Assembly (NCBI GenBank): GCA_965240325.2
Contig: OZ251234.1
Coordinates: forward strand, 992,001-1,056,000
Direction of reading: 5' to 3'
Origin: Rebecca billardiae RCC1528
Lineage: Eukaryota; Protista; Haptophyta
DNA length: 64,000 bases
Shown: positions 33,958-45,233 of the stretch, piece by piece
Layout: every line of letters starts with the position of its first letter
Numbering within the stretch: position 1 is the first letter of the stretch
Made by a program: the position numbers and the translations under genes
The notes under the pieces: model-generated
Database searches by the model: none
What the model was told of the DNA's origin: nothing
What the model saw: only the letters and a program-made list of their open reading frames with translations

Positions 33958-36900
33958 ATGCCCCGCCACTTCCGGCGCACGTCGCAGGGCAAGCTGCGGC
34001 TGAGCGGCGTCATGGGCGGGCGCGGCTCGTTGGTCAGCCCGACGGTCGTGCCGGCCGAGCTGCAGCGCACGGCCTCGACGCAGAGTGCGGCGCCGAGTCT
34101 ACGAAGGCAGAACACCCGCCGCAACTCGGGGCGCATCCGCCGCCTCTCGCTCATCCGCGCCTTTGGCAAGACGCCGGCTGAGTCGATTGATTACGAGGAG
34201 CCTCTCACGTTTGCCGCGCGCGCCATCCTGCAGGACACGAAGGAGCTGACGCGCGCGCGGCGCGAGCGGCTCTTCATGCCCATCGTACTCGTGCTGGTGC
34301 GCTCGGCCCCCGCGCGCCGCGCGCCGCGCCCGCGCGCCGCGCCCCCGCGCGTGTGCGCCGCGCCCGCGCGCCGCTCGCGCCTCACCGCCGCGCCTACGTG
34401 CGGGGTGGCGCGCGCGCTCGCAGGTGGGCGCGGTGGCGGGGCTGATGGCGACGGCGGTGCACTCGCTCTCGCACCGCATCCTCGCGGCCAAGCTGACCGC
34501 CGTCTTCGCCGCCGAGCACTCCTCCGGCCTGCTCGTCGCGGGAGTCGTGTACGTAGGCGCGGGCGTGTCGCTCGCGCTCGGCGCGGCGTGCCTCGTGGAG
34601 TTTGTGGCGCCACCGGCGGCGGGCTCGGGGATGACGAGCGTGCTGCTGTTCCTCAACGGGTGGCACCTGCCCGACGCGTTCACGCCGGCGACGCTCCTCG
34701 TCAAGCTCTTCGGCCTCATCCTCGTCGCCGCCTCGGGCCTCGCTGTCGGGCAGGAGGCCCCCCTGATCCACGTTGGCACGATCGTCGGCTCGCTCGGCTT
34801 CCGGCTGGCGTCTGAGACAGTGCTCGCGCGGACCGTGGAGGTGCACGGGCGCGGGCGGGCGTGGCTCGACCTGGCGGGGTGCGGCGGCGGCGCGGCGCTC
34901 TCGGGGGCCTTCCTCGCGCCCGTCTCCGGCGTCCTCTTCGTGATGGAGGAGCTGGGCACCTTTTGGTCCAAGACCCTTCTCGTGAGGGTCTTTGTGGCTT
35001 CCGTCTCCGCCGCGGCGATCGGTCGCATCTTCCGCGCGCTCGACTCGGCGGCGGGGCTGGAGGCGCTGACCGCGCCGATCCGGTACGACTCGCTGCTCGA
35101 GCAGGGCGTCGGCGCGTCGTGCGCGCTCGACGACGCGCAGGAGATCACGCCCGCCGAGATGCTCATCTTCGCCGTCGTCGGGCTCGCGGGCGGCGCGGGC
35201 GGCGCGGCGTTCAACGAGGGTGCGGCGTGGATGCTGACGCGCCGCGCTCGATTCCTCTCGCGCACAGCGGCGCTGCGGCTGGGCGACGTGGCGCTGGTGG
35301 CGCTGGTCACCGGCGTCGTCGTCTTCGCTGCCGCCGCCGCGTGGCCCTGCGTCCCCTTCGACGCCGAGCACGCGCCTGACGTGTTGCTGCATCACGTGTC
35401 CACGCTCGCATGCGGAGCGCAGCCGGGCGCGGGCGGCGACGACGCGCATCGCCGCAGCCTCGCCGGCGGCGGTGGGGGCGGGCACGCGGACGGGCCGGCG
35501 TACTGGAACGAGCTGGCGAGCCTGCTCATGGCGCCGCCGCTCTCCGCCGCGGGCATGCTCCTCTCCGTCGAGCACGCCGCGCTCTCGGCGGGCGCGTGCG
35601 CGCTCTACGGCACGCTTCTGCTGCTGCTCGCGCTGAGCGTGCTCGGCGCCATCGTGCCGGCGGGCATGCTGCTCGTGCAGATCGCCGTGGGCGCGGCGTA
35701 CGGCCGCGCGCTCGGCGTGGGGATGGGCGTGCTGTGGGGCGCGCCGCGCGCGCAGGGCGTGTACGCGCTCATCGGCGCGTGCGCCTTTGTCGCAGGCACC
35801 TCACACAATACAAGTGCGCGCGCGGCGCACCGGCCGTCGTCTCCGAACCCCCGCGCCCGGCGGCGGCCGTGCATCGCGTGGCTCACGCGCGCGCGCGCGC
35901 GCGCACGCCGACGCCCGCCCGCCCGCCCGCCCGCCCGCCCGCCGCAGTCGCCTTCGTGATGATCCTCATCGAGTCGATGAACGACACGACGGTGCGCGCC
36001 GGCCGCCGTGCGCGCCGCCGGCGCGCGGTGCGCACGCAGCCCGCCCGCGCCGCGCCGCGCTGCCCCGAGCCGACGCGCCCCCCCACCCACACCGGCTGCG
36101 CCCTGCTGGCTTGTCGCCGCTGCCTGTCTGCCCGCTCCGCAGTACCTGATCCCGTGCATCGTGACGATGCTCTTCGCGCTCGTCGTCTCGAAGCAGCTCG
36201 GCAAGCCGTTCTATGAGACGCAGCTCGAAAAGTCCGGCCAGCCATTCCTGCTGCAGGCGGACGAGACGGCGCCTGAGCTCAACTTGCTGACGGCCGCGGA
36301 CGTGATGACCTCACACCCGACGTGCCTGCACGTGATCGAGCGCGCGGACACGCTGGCGATGATGGTGGCGCACTGCTCGCACAATGGCTTCCCGCTGGTC
36401 GACGTGGTCAACCACGGCGCCGCCGGACCGCCGCCGATGGGCACGATGCCAGAGGTGCCGGCCATCGGGCCGCTCGGCTCGCGCGCCGCGCCCGCGCGCG
36501 TAGGCGAGCACGACCTGCGCACGCGCTACTTCAACGGATTCGTGACGCGCGACCGCGTGCTCACGCTGCTCGCGGACTGCCTCGAGCTGGCGGAGGAGAT
36601 GGAGCGGGAGGACGCGGAGGCGGAGGCGGTCCCGACACGGCAGGGCAGCGCCGACATTGCCGCGCCGCCGGCCGATCACACCGCCGCCGGCGCGGCCGCG
36701 CACGCCAAGCACGCCGGCCCTGCCGCCGCGCTGAGCGCAGCGATGAACGTCGCGGCGAGCGCGCTGCACGTGGGCGGCGCGCACGGCGCGCACGCGCCGC
36801 CGCAGCCCGCGCCACCCGCCGACCTCTCCTCGCTGCCCCCGCTCGCCATGTCACACGCCGAGTCCGCGCCGGGCAACCTGGGCGGGCGCGGCGCGCGCGC

Positions 36901-37576
36901 GTCCGTGGCCGCGCCGTCGCCCGCGGTGCGCGAGGCATTCGACCACCTTGGCCTCGAGGCAGACGACCGTGTCGTGGCGCGCGCCGCGCGGATCGAGATC
37001 GACCTGCGGGGCTTCTCCGACATCGTGCCGCACGCGGTGGCGGGCTCGGCGCCGATCCGCGTGCTGCTGCACACGTTCCTCCGGCTGGGCGCGCGGCACG
37101 TGACCGTGGTGGACGACAGGCGGCGCGTGATGGGCATCATCACTCGCACGGACGTGACGCCCGCCGCGCTGGACAAGCTGCTGTCGGGCGTGACGGAGGA
37201 GGGCAGGCTTGCGCGCGCGCTGGCGCCGCACGCGTCGCTGCACCGCGGGCTGCAGCAGCTGCACGCCACCACCACCGAGCAGCTCCAGCGCACTTTCACG
37301 ATGAGCTCGCAGGCGCTCACCGGCGCCGCCGCGAGCGCGCGTCCCTCGACGCGCCGCCGCCGCTCCACCGATTCCGAGGGGCAGTTCGGCCCAGCCCTCG
37401 CCGCCGCGGTGAGTGCCGCGGACAGGCGCGCCGAGGAGATCGGCGGCACGCGGCTGTCGCGGGCGAGCGCGCACGACGAGCACGACGAGGACGGGTGGTC
37501 GAGGGCGAGGACCCGGCCGGACGACGACAGCATCTCGCGCCAGATCGGCGCGCGCGTGGCGCGCGTCACAGACTGA
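33958..37576 (+). CDS. CLC chloride channel/exchanger with two CBS domains (exons 33958-34296, 34424-35813, 35948-35991, 36143-37576)
   Basis: AAGSGM, GLAVGQEAPLIHVG, FLAPVSGVLFVMEE, GAAYGR, FYETQL; CBS motifs TAADVM, HNGFPLV, LGARHVTVVD..GIITRTD; three in-phase GT-AG introns. Confidence 0.92.
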
Positions 37577-38349
37577 GCCTGACTCCAAGGCGTTGGCCGG
37601 TCAGTACGTGGGCTCAGTGGCGCCCCGCGACCCGGGTGACTTAGTCAGACCGGGGGTCGATCGGATGACGACTGGCGGGGTATGAAACGCACCGAATCCG
37701 CGGAAGTGCGCCGGCCGTGGCCGTGGCCGTGGGCGTGGTGAGTCACGCGAGGCCGCCGACGGTCATCTGGCAGCATGACCAGTCATCGCCGGGCGGACAT
37801 AGGTCGTTGGCGGGCCGCCCCCGCGGCCCCTGGCATTCCCCGCTCGGGGACCGCCGGCAGTCGGCGGAGCAGTGCCCCCGCGGGCCCGGAGCCCGCGGCT
37901 GACGGCTGACGCGCTCCGTGGCCGGCGCGGTCGCGCCGGGATTGGCCGAATGCAGCACCGCGCTAACGTCTTCAATCATTATCATGACGGCGGCGCGGGA
38001 CGGCCTGCCAGGGCCAGGGGTCGAGGGGAGTGCAACAGGCCCGGATCCGCCCGGTCCCGCGGCCCCTGCCCCTGGCGTGATGGCGTGCAGAAGCGCGCCT
38101 GACGATTTGAATGCGATGATGAGCGCAGCCACGTGATGTGGTCGCTGTAGACAAGCTGCACGACGTCTCAGCTCTCCGCCTTGCCCTGGCCCCAGCCTCC
38201 TCGACCTCGTCGCCGTCGTCGGCGGTGTCAGTGGGCGGCCATCATGACTCCACGATCTCGCGGCCACGCTCGCCCCGGCTGGCCTCGGATTCTCGAAACT
38301 GTAGACGAAACGGCCGGCCAACACGACGTCTTGAAAGCGCGTGCGTCAA

Positions 38350-40893
38350 ATGGCCGAGGTGATGGCCGGCGCCGACGCGGCGGACGTGCTGGAGGTGATC
38401 CTCTCGCCGGAGGGCGTGCGCACGCCCGCGAGCAACCGATCACGCGGCACTCCATCCGCCTCGCCCGCCGCCCTTGCCGCCGAGGCGCTCGCCCGCGCGT
38501 GTCTCAACGACTCGTCGTTTGCGCGCCTTCTGGAGGCGGAGGAGATGGCCGCCGTCAACCCGTGGTTCGAGAGGGACCGCTCGCTCGCGCTGGCGATGGC
38601 GAGGCCGCCGCCGAGTGGAGAGGATGGCTTTGATTCCGCCGCGCCCGCCGCCGAGCCCGCGATCGGCGGGCACCCCGCGGCCGACGGCGGCGCGCGCGCG
38701 GACGCGGTGCATGCGCTGCTCGAGTGCGCGCGCTGCGCGACGAGCGTGAGCGCAGCCGAGGCGTGCGCCATCGACGCGTGCGCGCACAGCTTCTGCGTGC
38801 GGTGCGTGCGCGAGCACGTGCTCGCCGAGCTCGCGCGCGAGAGTGCCGACGCCGCCGTCGTCAGCTGCCCGCTGAGCGCGTGCGAGGGCGGAGACTGCGC
38901 CGCGCTGCTGAGCGGAGTTGAGGCGCGTGCGTACGGCGGCGCGCCAGCATACGAGCGCGCGCTGGAGCGGCAGACGCGGCACGTGCTCGCGCACGGCGGC
39001 GAGCGGCTTGTGACGTGCCCCACGTGCACGGCCGCCGCGGCCGTGCACCCGTCCACGCCGCGCTCCACCCAGCGCCGCGCCGCCTCGGAGGCGCCGCGCG
39101 TCGCCGAAAATGGCTCGCTGGTAAAGACCCCCGCGCGTCTGCACTTTGTGACGCACCGCTTCCGCTGCGCGACGTGCGCGGCGGAGTTCTGCGGCTCGTG
39201 CGGCGCGGCGCCGTACCACCTCGGCCTCAGCTGCGAGGCGTGGGAGGCGCAGCAGCGCCGGCCCAGCTGCCGCTTCTGCGCTGGGCCGGTGCCGGCCGCA
39301 GGGGCAGAGAGCGCGGCTGCTGCCGCGCAGTGCCAGTGCGCGCCACAGGCTGAGCCTGACGCGGGCGCGGATGGCGCGCCGCCGCCGCTCGCGCGGCTGG
39401 GGGGCGGCGCGGCGAACGACGCGGCGCGCGGCGCGGCGGCTGCGCGGGGCGCACCCGGCGCCAAGCGTCTCCCGGCCGCGGCCGCCGCGCGCGGCATCAA
39501 CCCTCACAGACTGTGGCGCCGTGTGCTGGACTCGAGGGCGGCAGGGCGCGCGGCCAGGGCGGCGCACGCGGAGGGCGGCGCAGCGCGCCGGCTGGGGCGC
39601 GGCGTGCGGGCCGGGCCTGCGCCGGCCGCGGTAGCCTCGCGCGGCTGCGCGCGCGTCGTCGCGCGCGGCGCGGGCTGGCAGACGTGCTGCCGCGCGGAGT
39701 GCGCCCAGCGCGGCACGCGCGCGTGCACGGCCGCGCTCGCGTGTGGCCACCCGTGCCTCGGCGTGCGCGGCGAGGCGCCATGCCTAGGGTACGCGCGCGC
39801 GGCCGCGCGCCTCGAGCGCGTCAAAGAGCGCCCGCCGTGCGCACCGCTCTCACGTACGCGCCGCGTCGCGCCGCGCCGTCCCGCCCGTGCGCCCGCAGAT
39901 GCCTACGCCCAGGCTGCGCGCCACCCCAAAGTGCGGCAGAGCTCTTCTGTGCGCCGTGCGCGCCACCGGCGGCGGCGCCCGCGCCTGAGCTGCCTGAACC
40001 GCCGAGGCCGGCGGAGGCAGCCCCCGCCGCCGCCGCCCCGCCCGCCCCGGCGGTGGGCGCGTGCGACGACCTCTGCGCGATCTGCTGGTCGGAGGAGCTG
40101 CAGGCCGCGCCGTCCATCGCCCTGCGCGGCTGCGGGCACACCCTCCACCTGCACTGCGTCGAGACGAGGCTGCAGCAGCGCTGGAGTGGCGCCTCGGTGT
40201 CGTATGAGTACTTGCGCTGCCCACTGTGCAAGGGGCGGGCGGAGCACCCGGCGATCGAGGAGGCGATCGGGCCGCACCGCGCCGCGGAGGCCGCGCTGCG
40301 CTCGCGCGCCCTCGAGCGGCTGCACTACGACGGCCTAGCCGCCGCGCCCGAGCTGGTTCGGCCGGGCGGCCGATTCTACAAGCGGTGAGCGGGCCACACG
40401 CGGCACAACCCGCTGCCGCTCGGGCGCGCGCGCGCGCGCGCGTTCGGGCGTGTGCGCTCACACGCGCCGCCGCCCGTCGCCCGCCCCGCGCCCGTGGCGC
40501 AGGCCTGTCGAGTTCGCGCTCTCTCGCTACTCGTACTACGAGTGCTACAAATGCAAGCAGCCGTACTATGCCGGCCTCGCGGAGTGCGCGGCGCAGCACA
40601 GAGCGCGCGATGGCTTCGATCCTCGGGAGCAGGTGTGCGGTGGCTGCTCCGCGCAGCCGGGCGAGCGGGTGGTGTGCCGCGTGCACGGCCGCTCGTACAT
40701 CGAGTACAAGTGCCGCTTCTGCTGCCGCGTGGCCACCTGGTTCTGCTGGGGCGACACGCACTTCTGCGACGCGTGCCACGCCATCTCCTCCACCGTGGCC
40801 GCTCAGCCGTGCACGTGCGGCAAGCCTCACCCGCCCAACGGCAAGGAGCACGCGCTCGGCTGCGCCATCTGCCACGCCATCTCCACCTTCTGA
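38350..40893 (+). CDS. E3 ubiquitin ligase: N-terminal RING/IBR-like zinc fingers plus MYCBP2-type RING and tandem-cysteine (RCR) module (exons 38350-39788, 39899-40384, 40503-40893)
   Basis: N-terminal CAHSFCVRC..CP and FCGSCGAAPYHLGLSC. C-terminal CGHPC, CAICWSEEL..CGHTLHLHC..RW..CPLCK, YYECYKCKQPYYAGLAEC, C.VHG..YIEYKCRFCC.VATWFCWGDTHFCDACH, HPPNGKEHALGC. Confidence 0.88.
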
Positions 40894-40906
40894 TATAGGC
40901 GATCGA

Positions 40907-40929
40907 CTATCTATCTATCTATCTATCTA
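40907..40929. repeat. (CTAT)n microsatellite
   Basis: Direct reading. Confidence 0.85.
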
Positions 40930-41261
40930 CTATTTATCTAGATATATAGTATCTTAATCAGTTGAATCGGCTTTCTGCGGACGATTGTCGATTCTGCGGT
41001 TTCTGCCCAGTGCCCGCCGGTGGCGGTGGCGTCGGCATAGTCCGATGGTAGTGTCACGCTCTGAGTCTGACGGAATGATATTCGGGCACGACAATCGGTC
41101 ACTCTCATACTCACGGACCACAGAGTGACGGAGAGTCAGACTCGGAGTGGCGGGCCACGGATAGCCGCGCGTCAGTCGTCACAGCCAGCCTGGACGGCCG
41201 GCATGTAACCCGTTACCCGATCGCGAGAGCCCACCCACGGGCGCGACATCAATCACGGCGC

Positions 41262-42943
41262 TCAGAGCTTGGGCATGCGGAAGTCCGCGCCCGCGTACAC
41301 GCCCTTGGCGCCGAGCTCCTCCTCGATGCGCAGCAGCTGGTTGTACTTGGCCAGCCGCTCGGAGCGGCATGGCGCGCCCGTCTTAATCTCGCCAGTCGCG
41401 AGCCCGACCGCGAGGTCGGCAATGAAGGAGTCCTCAGTCTCGCCCGAGCGGTGCGAGGCCATGACGCCCCAGCCGGCCTTCTTCGCCATGTTGACCGCCT
41501 CGATCGACTCGGTGATCGAGCCGATCTGGTTCACCTTGAGCAGCAGCGCGTTGCACGCCTTCTCGTCGATGGCCTTCTGCACGCGCTTCGGGTTGGTCAC
41601 CAGAAGGTCGTCGCCGACAATCTGGCACTCCTTGCCGAGCTTGGTCGTCATCGCGGCGTACGCGGGGAAGTCGTCCTGGTCGAACGGGTCCTCGATCGAG
41701 ACCATCGGGTACTTCTTGCAGAAGCCCTCGTACATCTCGAGCAGCTTCGCGCCTGCGCGGAGGCGGTGGCGCGGCGCGGCGCCGTGGCGGGGTCGTGAGC
41801 GCAGAGCGCGGCGGGCGCACCGACGGCGCGGCGCGGTGCGGCGACGCGCTTCGCGCGCGCGCGCGGGTGGGGGGCGGGGCAGGGGCGCACACCCGAGATC
41901 TTCTGCGACTTGTCCTTCTTGTCGCCCTCCGTCTTGAAGTCGAGGTCGTACTGCTTGTCCTCCGTGTAGAACTCGGAGGCGGCGACGTCCATGCCGATCT
42001 TGACCTTGCCGGCGTAGCCGGCCTTCTCAATTGCTTCCGAGAGAAGCTCGAGGCCCTCCTCGTTGGCGAGGATGTTGGGCGCGAAGCCGCCCTCGTCGCC
42101 GACGTTGCACGCGTCCTGGCCGTACTTCTTCTTGATCACCGACTTGAGGTTGTGGTACACCTCCGAGCCCATCTTCATCGCCTCGGTGAACGAGGACGCG
42201 CCGACCGGAAGGATCATGAACTCCTGCATCGCGAGCTTGTTGCCCGCGTGCGAGCCGCCGTTGATCACGTTGAAGGCGGGCACGGGGAGGTACATCTTCT
42301 CGGTGGGGTTGCCCGCGAGGTTGGCGATGTGCACGTACAGCGGCACCTTCTTCGCCGCGGCGCCCGCCTTGCACACCGCCATCGAGACGGCGAGGATGGC
42401 GTTCGCTCCCAGCTTGGACTTGCACGCGCCCCACTCGTTGGTCGTGCCGTCGAGGTCCTTGATCATCTTGTCGTCGATGCCCTTCTGGTCGGCGGGGTCC
42501 ATGCCGATCAGCGCGGGCGCGATGATCGACTTCACGTTGTCCACCGCCTTGAGCACGCCCTTGCCCATGTAGTCGCCCTTCTTGTCGGTGTCGCGCAGCT
42601 CCAGAGCTGCGCGACGCACGACGCGGTCGGCACGGGGGCGGCGAGGGCGCACGCGGTGAGCGCGGGCGCGACGGGCGCCTCGGAGGCAAACGTGTGAATC
42701 GACGCGATCGTCGGTGCGCGCGCTCTGGCGCGCAGCCAAATACTCGCGCGCGCGCGCGCGTGCACGTGCGCGCGCGCGCGCCCTCGCTCCACGCGCGCGC
42801 GCACCCTCATAGATGCCCGTCGAGGCGCCCGAGGGCACCGCCGCGCGGAAGAGGCCGTCAGAGGTGGTGACGTCCGCCTCGACAGTCGGGTTCCCGCGCG
42901 AGTCGAAAATCTGGCGGGCGGTCACAGCGGTAATCTTCGACAT
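41262..42943 (-). CDS. ENO: Enolase (exons 42943-42805, 42606-41893, 41752-41262)
   Basis: [72 protein letters not shown]; two GT-AG introns. Confidence 0.98.
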
Positions 42944-43670
42944 CGCGTGCGTGAAAGGCGGGGTGCGGGGCTGCGGGGTGGTCGACGACCGAACTACGGC
43001 GAACTATGAGAATGGCTCACGTCCGGCCAGCCGCGGCCGCGTGCCCGGCCCGCACCCCGCGCATCTTGATTGGCCAGGCGTCCGACAAAAGGGATCTCTC
43101 ATTGGTCCGTGGCGGCTTGGTTGGCTTCTAAAGAGTAAAGCGCCGTTTCATGACGAGAAAAGGCGGGTATTGTAGTCCTTGGGACGAGGCACCTTGCAGT
43201 GTAACGACGACTTTCGATAATAATTATTGGCGACGACGCGGCCGCGGACGGCGCATATGGCGCCGTCCACGGCCGCCTTCGAGGCATGGATGCGCGTAGC
43301 GGCACGATGGGTCCGCGACCGCGTGAAGGCAGGTCGCACAATCACGCCCACTCATTCACATCGCACATGCATGCGCGTGGAATCTGGCTTAGGCAGCTCG
43401 GTGACTCGGTGTGACCGGTCACGTCACACCGAGTGCCGTCGGCAGTGACAGTGTAAGACACTAGTAACGGTTGCGAACAGCCACTACTCGTAAATAAAGT
43501 CACCGCCACTTCACAGTACTTGCGCCTTGGCCATTAAGTCTGCGCGATACTATTATTGTAACTGTAAGCCCGAAGCCGGCCTCCCACCACTCAAATAAGC
43601 AAGTTCGCCTACACTTACAGTATTACCGACTCCCGATCCGGGCCGAATCCGATGGCGATGCACCGCCAGT

Positions 43671-43705
43671 CGCCACAAAACAGTACTGAGTACTGTTTTG
43701 TGGCG
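43671..43705. repeat. Near-perfect palindrome (17-bp arms, 1-nt spacer)
   Basis: CGCCACAAAACAGTACT-G-AGTACTGTTTTGTGGCG. Confidence 0.9.
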
Positions 43706-43879
43706 GTGTCAGTTTGTGCAGTGTTGGATGGCGTCAATCACGCCTTATATTAATATATATATATTATAATATATATATATAACCAAGTGTGCACGCGCGT
43801 TACTAAATCATCGGTAAACTGTGCCACTACGATGATAAAGTAGGCGATAAAGACTTAGAGTGAGCAGGTGTCATCGTCA

Positions 43880-45187
43880 TCATTCAATGTCATTCACGGC
43901 ATATGCCATCGGCATCAGTAGCGGCTCGGCGGCAGCCTCAGTCTTCGCTCTGGGGTTGCTGGCGCTAGCGTCTGCCGCGTCCGCGCGCAGTGCAGATCGC
44001 TCAAACTCTGTCAGCGCGGCTGCCGCATCGGCAACGGTCTTCTCGACAGCCTCTTGGGCCTCAGCAGCTGCGGCCGCCACGCTCTCCAGTACGTCCTCGG
44101 CCGCTGCCGCCGCCGCTTCCGCCGCGTGCGCGAGCGACTCCCACATCGTGCCGAGCGCCAAGCCTCGCGATGGCGCCGCCGTCTCCGCGGCAGCAGGGGC
44201 CTGCCCGACTGCGGCCTTCGTCTCGGTCACCGCGCTCGCGCAGCCACAGGCCAGCGCGCCCTGCCCTGCCGACGCCCCCTCGGCTGTCCAGGCCATGCGC
44301 GCGCCCAGAAGGCTCATGCGCTCTCGATGTGCGCGCAGGGTCTCGGAGAGCGCGTGTGACGCCTGGGCGTGGACACTGCGGTGCACAATGCCCTTGAACC
44401 AGCGGAGCATGACCACAGGGGACGACTCGCTCTCCGAGCCCTCAAAGTCAGTGCGCCGCACGAGCTCGTCTTCCATGAGCAGCGGCGGGACCACGCGCCA
44501 CGCGCCCGCCGGCGTGTCGGTCTCGTTGAGCTCAAAGTGCACCTTCGAGTGCACAAAGCGCACCGTGCGCGTCGTCACTTCGGGCACCATCGACACGGGC
44601 GCGTTCTCGGGAGAGGGCGCCTCTTCCACGCCCTCCACGCAGTGTGCGTCCGCCCCGTCTCCGGCTGATGCCACGTCCGCGTCTGGATCGGCGGACAGGC
44701 AGCTCGTGTTGGTCAGTTTCATCTGCCTGTCGTACGCCACGAATCGCATGTCCAAGCCGTCGAACTCGACGTGCAGATCAAACGCGCGCAAGCCGGCGTA
44801 CTCGAGGCGCACGCTCATGACCGGGCTGCGCATGAACGCGTCCTGCGCAGTCTCAGCGGCAGGCGCAGCGGCGGAACCGTCCGTGGCGGGCAGACCGCGG
44901 GCAGCAGCGGACGATGGGAAGTGCGAGTCGACGGAAAAGCCCGTGAACGTGAAGAGCATGCCGTCCACTGGCAAGTCCTTGCGCCTGAGGCGCTCAAGTG
45001 CCTCCGGCGCCCAACGCCACGAGAACTGTACCCCATCGATTGCGCACTGCCAGCCCGAGCCATAGCACAGCAGATGGGTGAAGCAGGCGGTCTTCACACT
45101 CTCGTAGAAGACGATGACTACACCTGCGATGAGGCTGATGAGGGTCGCCAGCGTTGTTAGGAGCAACCATAGCATGGCCCACACCAT
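43880..45187 (-). CDS. Hypothetical protein with N-terminal transmembrane anchor (435 aa)
   Basis: AACG-ATG-G start, hydrophobic N-terminus, long uninterrupted frame with host codon usage. Confidence 0.7.
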   Translation of the reverse strand: MVWAMLWLLLTTLATLISLIAGVVIVFYESVKTACFTHLLCYGSGWQCAIDGVQFSWRWAPEALERLRRKDLPVDGMLFTFTGFSVDSHFPSSAAARGLPATDGSAAAPAAETAQDAFMRSPVMSVRLEYAGLRAFDLHVEFDGLDMRFVAYDRQMKLTNTSCLSADPDADVASAGDGADAHCVEGVEEAPSPENAPVSMVPEVTTRTVRFVHSKVHFELNETDTPAGAWRVVPPLLMEDELVRRTDFEGSESESSPVVMLRWFKGIVHRSVHAQASHALSETLRAHRERMSLLGARMAWTAEGASAGQGALACGCASAVTETKAAVGQAPAAAETAAPSRGLALGTMWESLAHAAEAAAAAAEDVLESVAAAAAEAQEAVEKTVADAAAALTEFERSALRADAADASASNPRAKTEAAAEPLLMPMAYAVNDIE

Positions 45188-45233
45188 CGTTCGAGGTTTG
45201 TAATTAGCCGTTTTATCATAAACGAGCGCTCAA

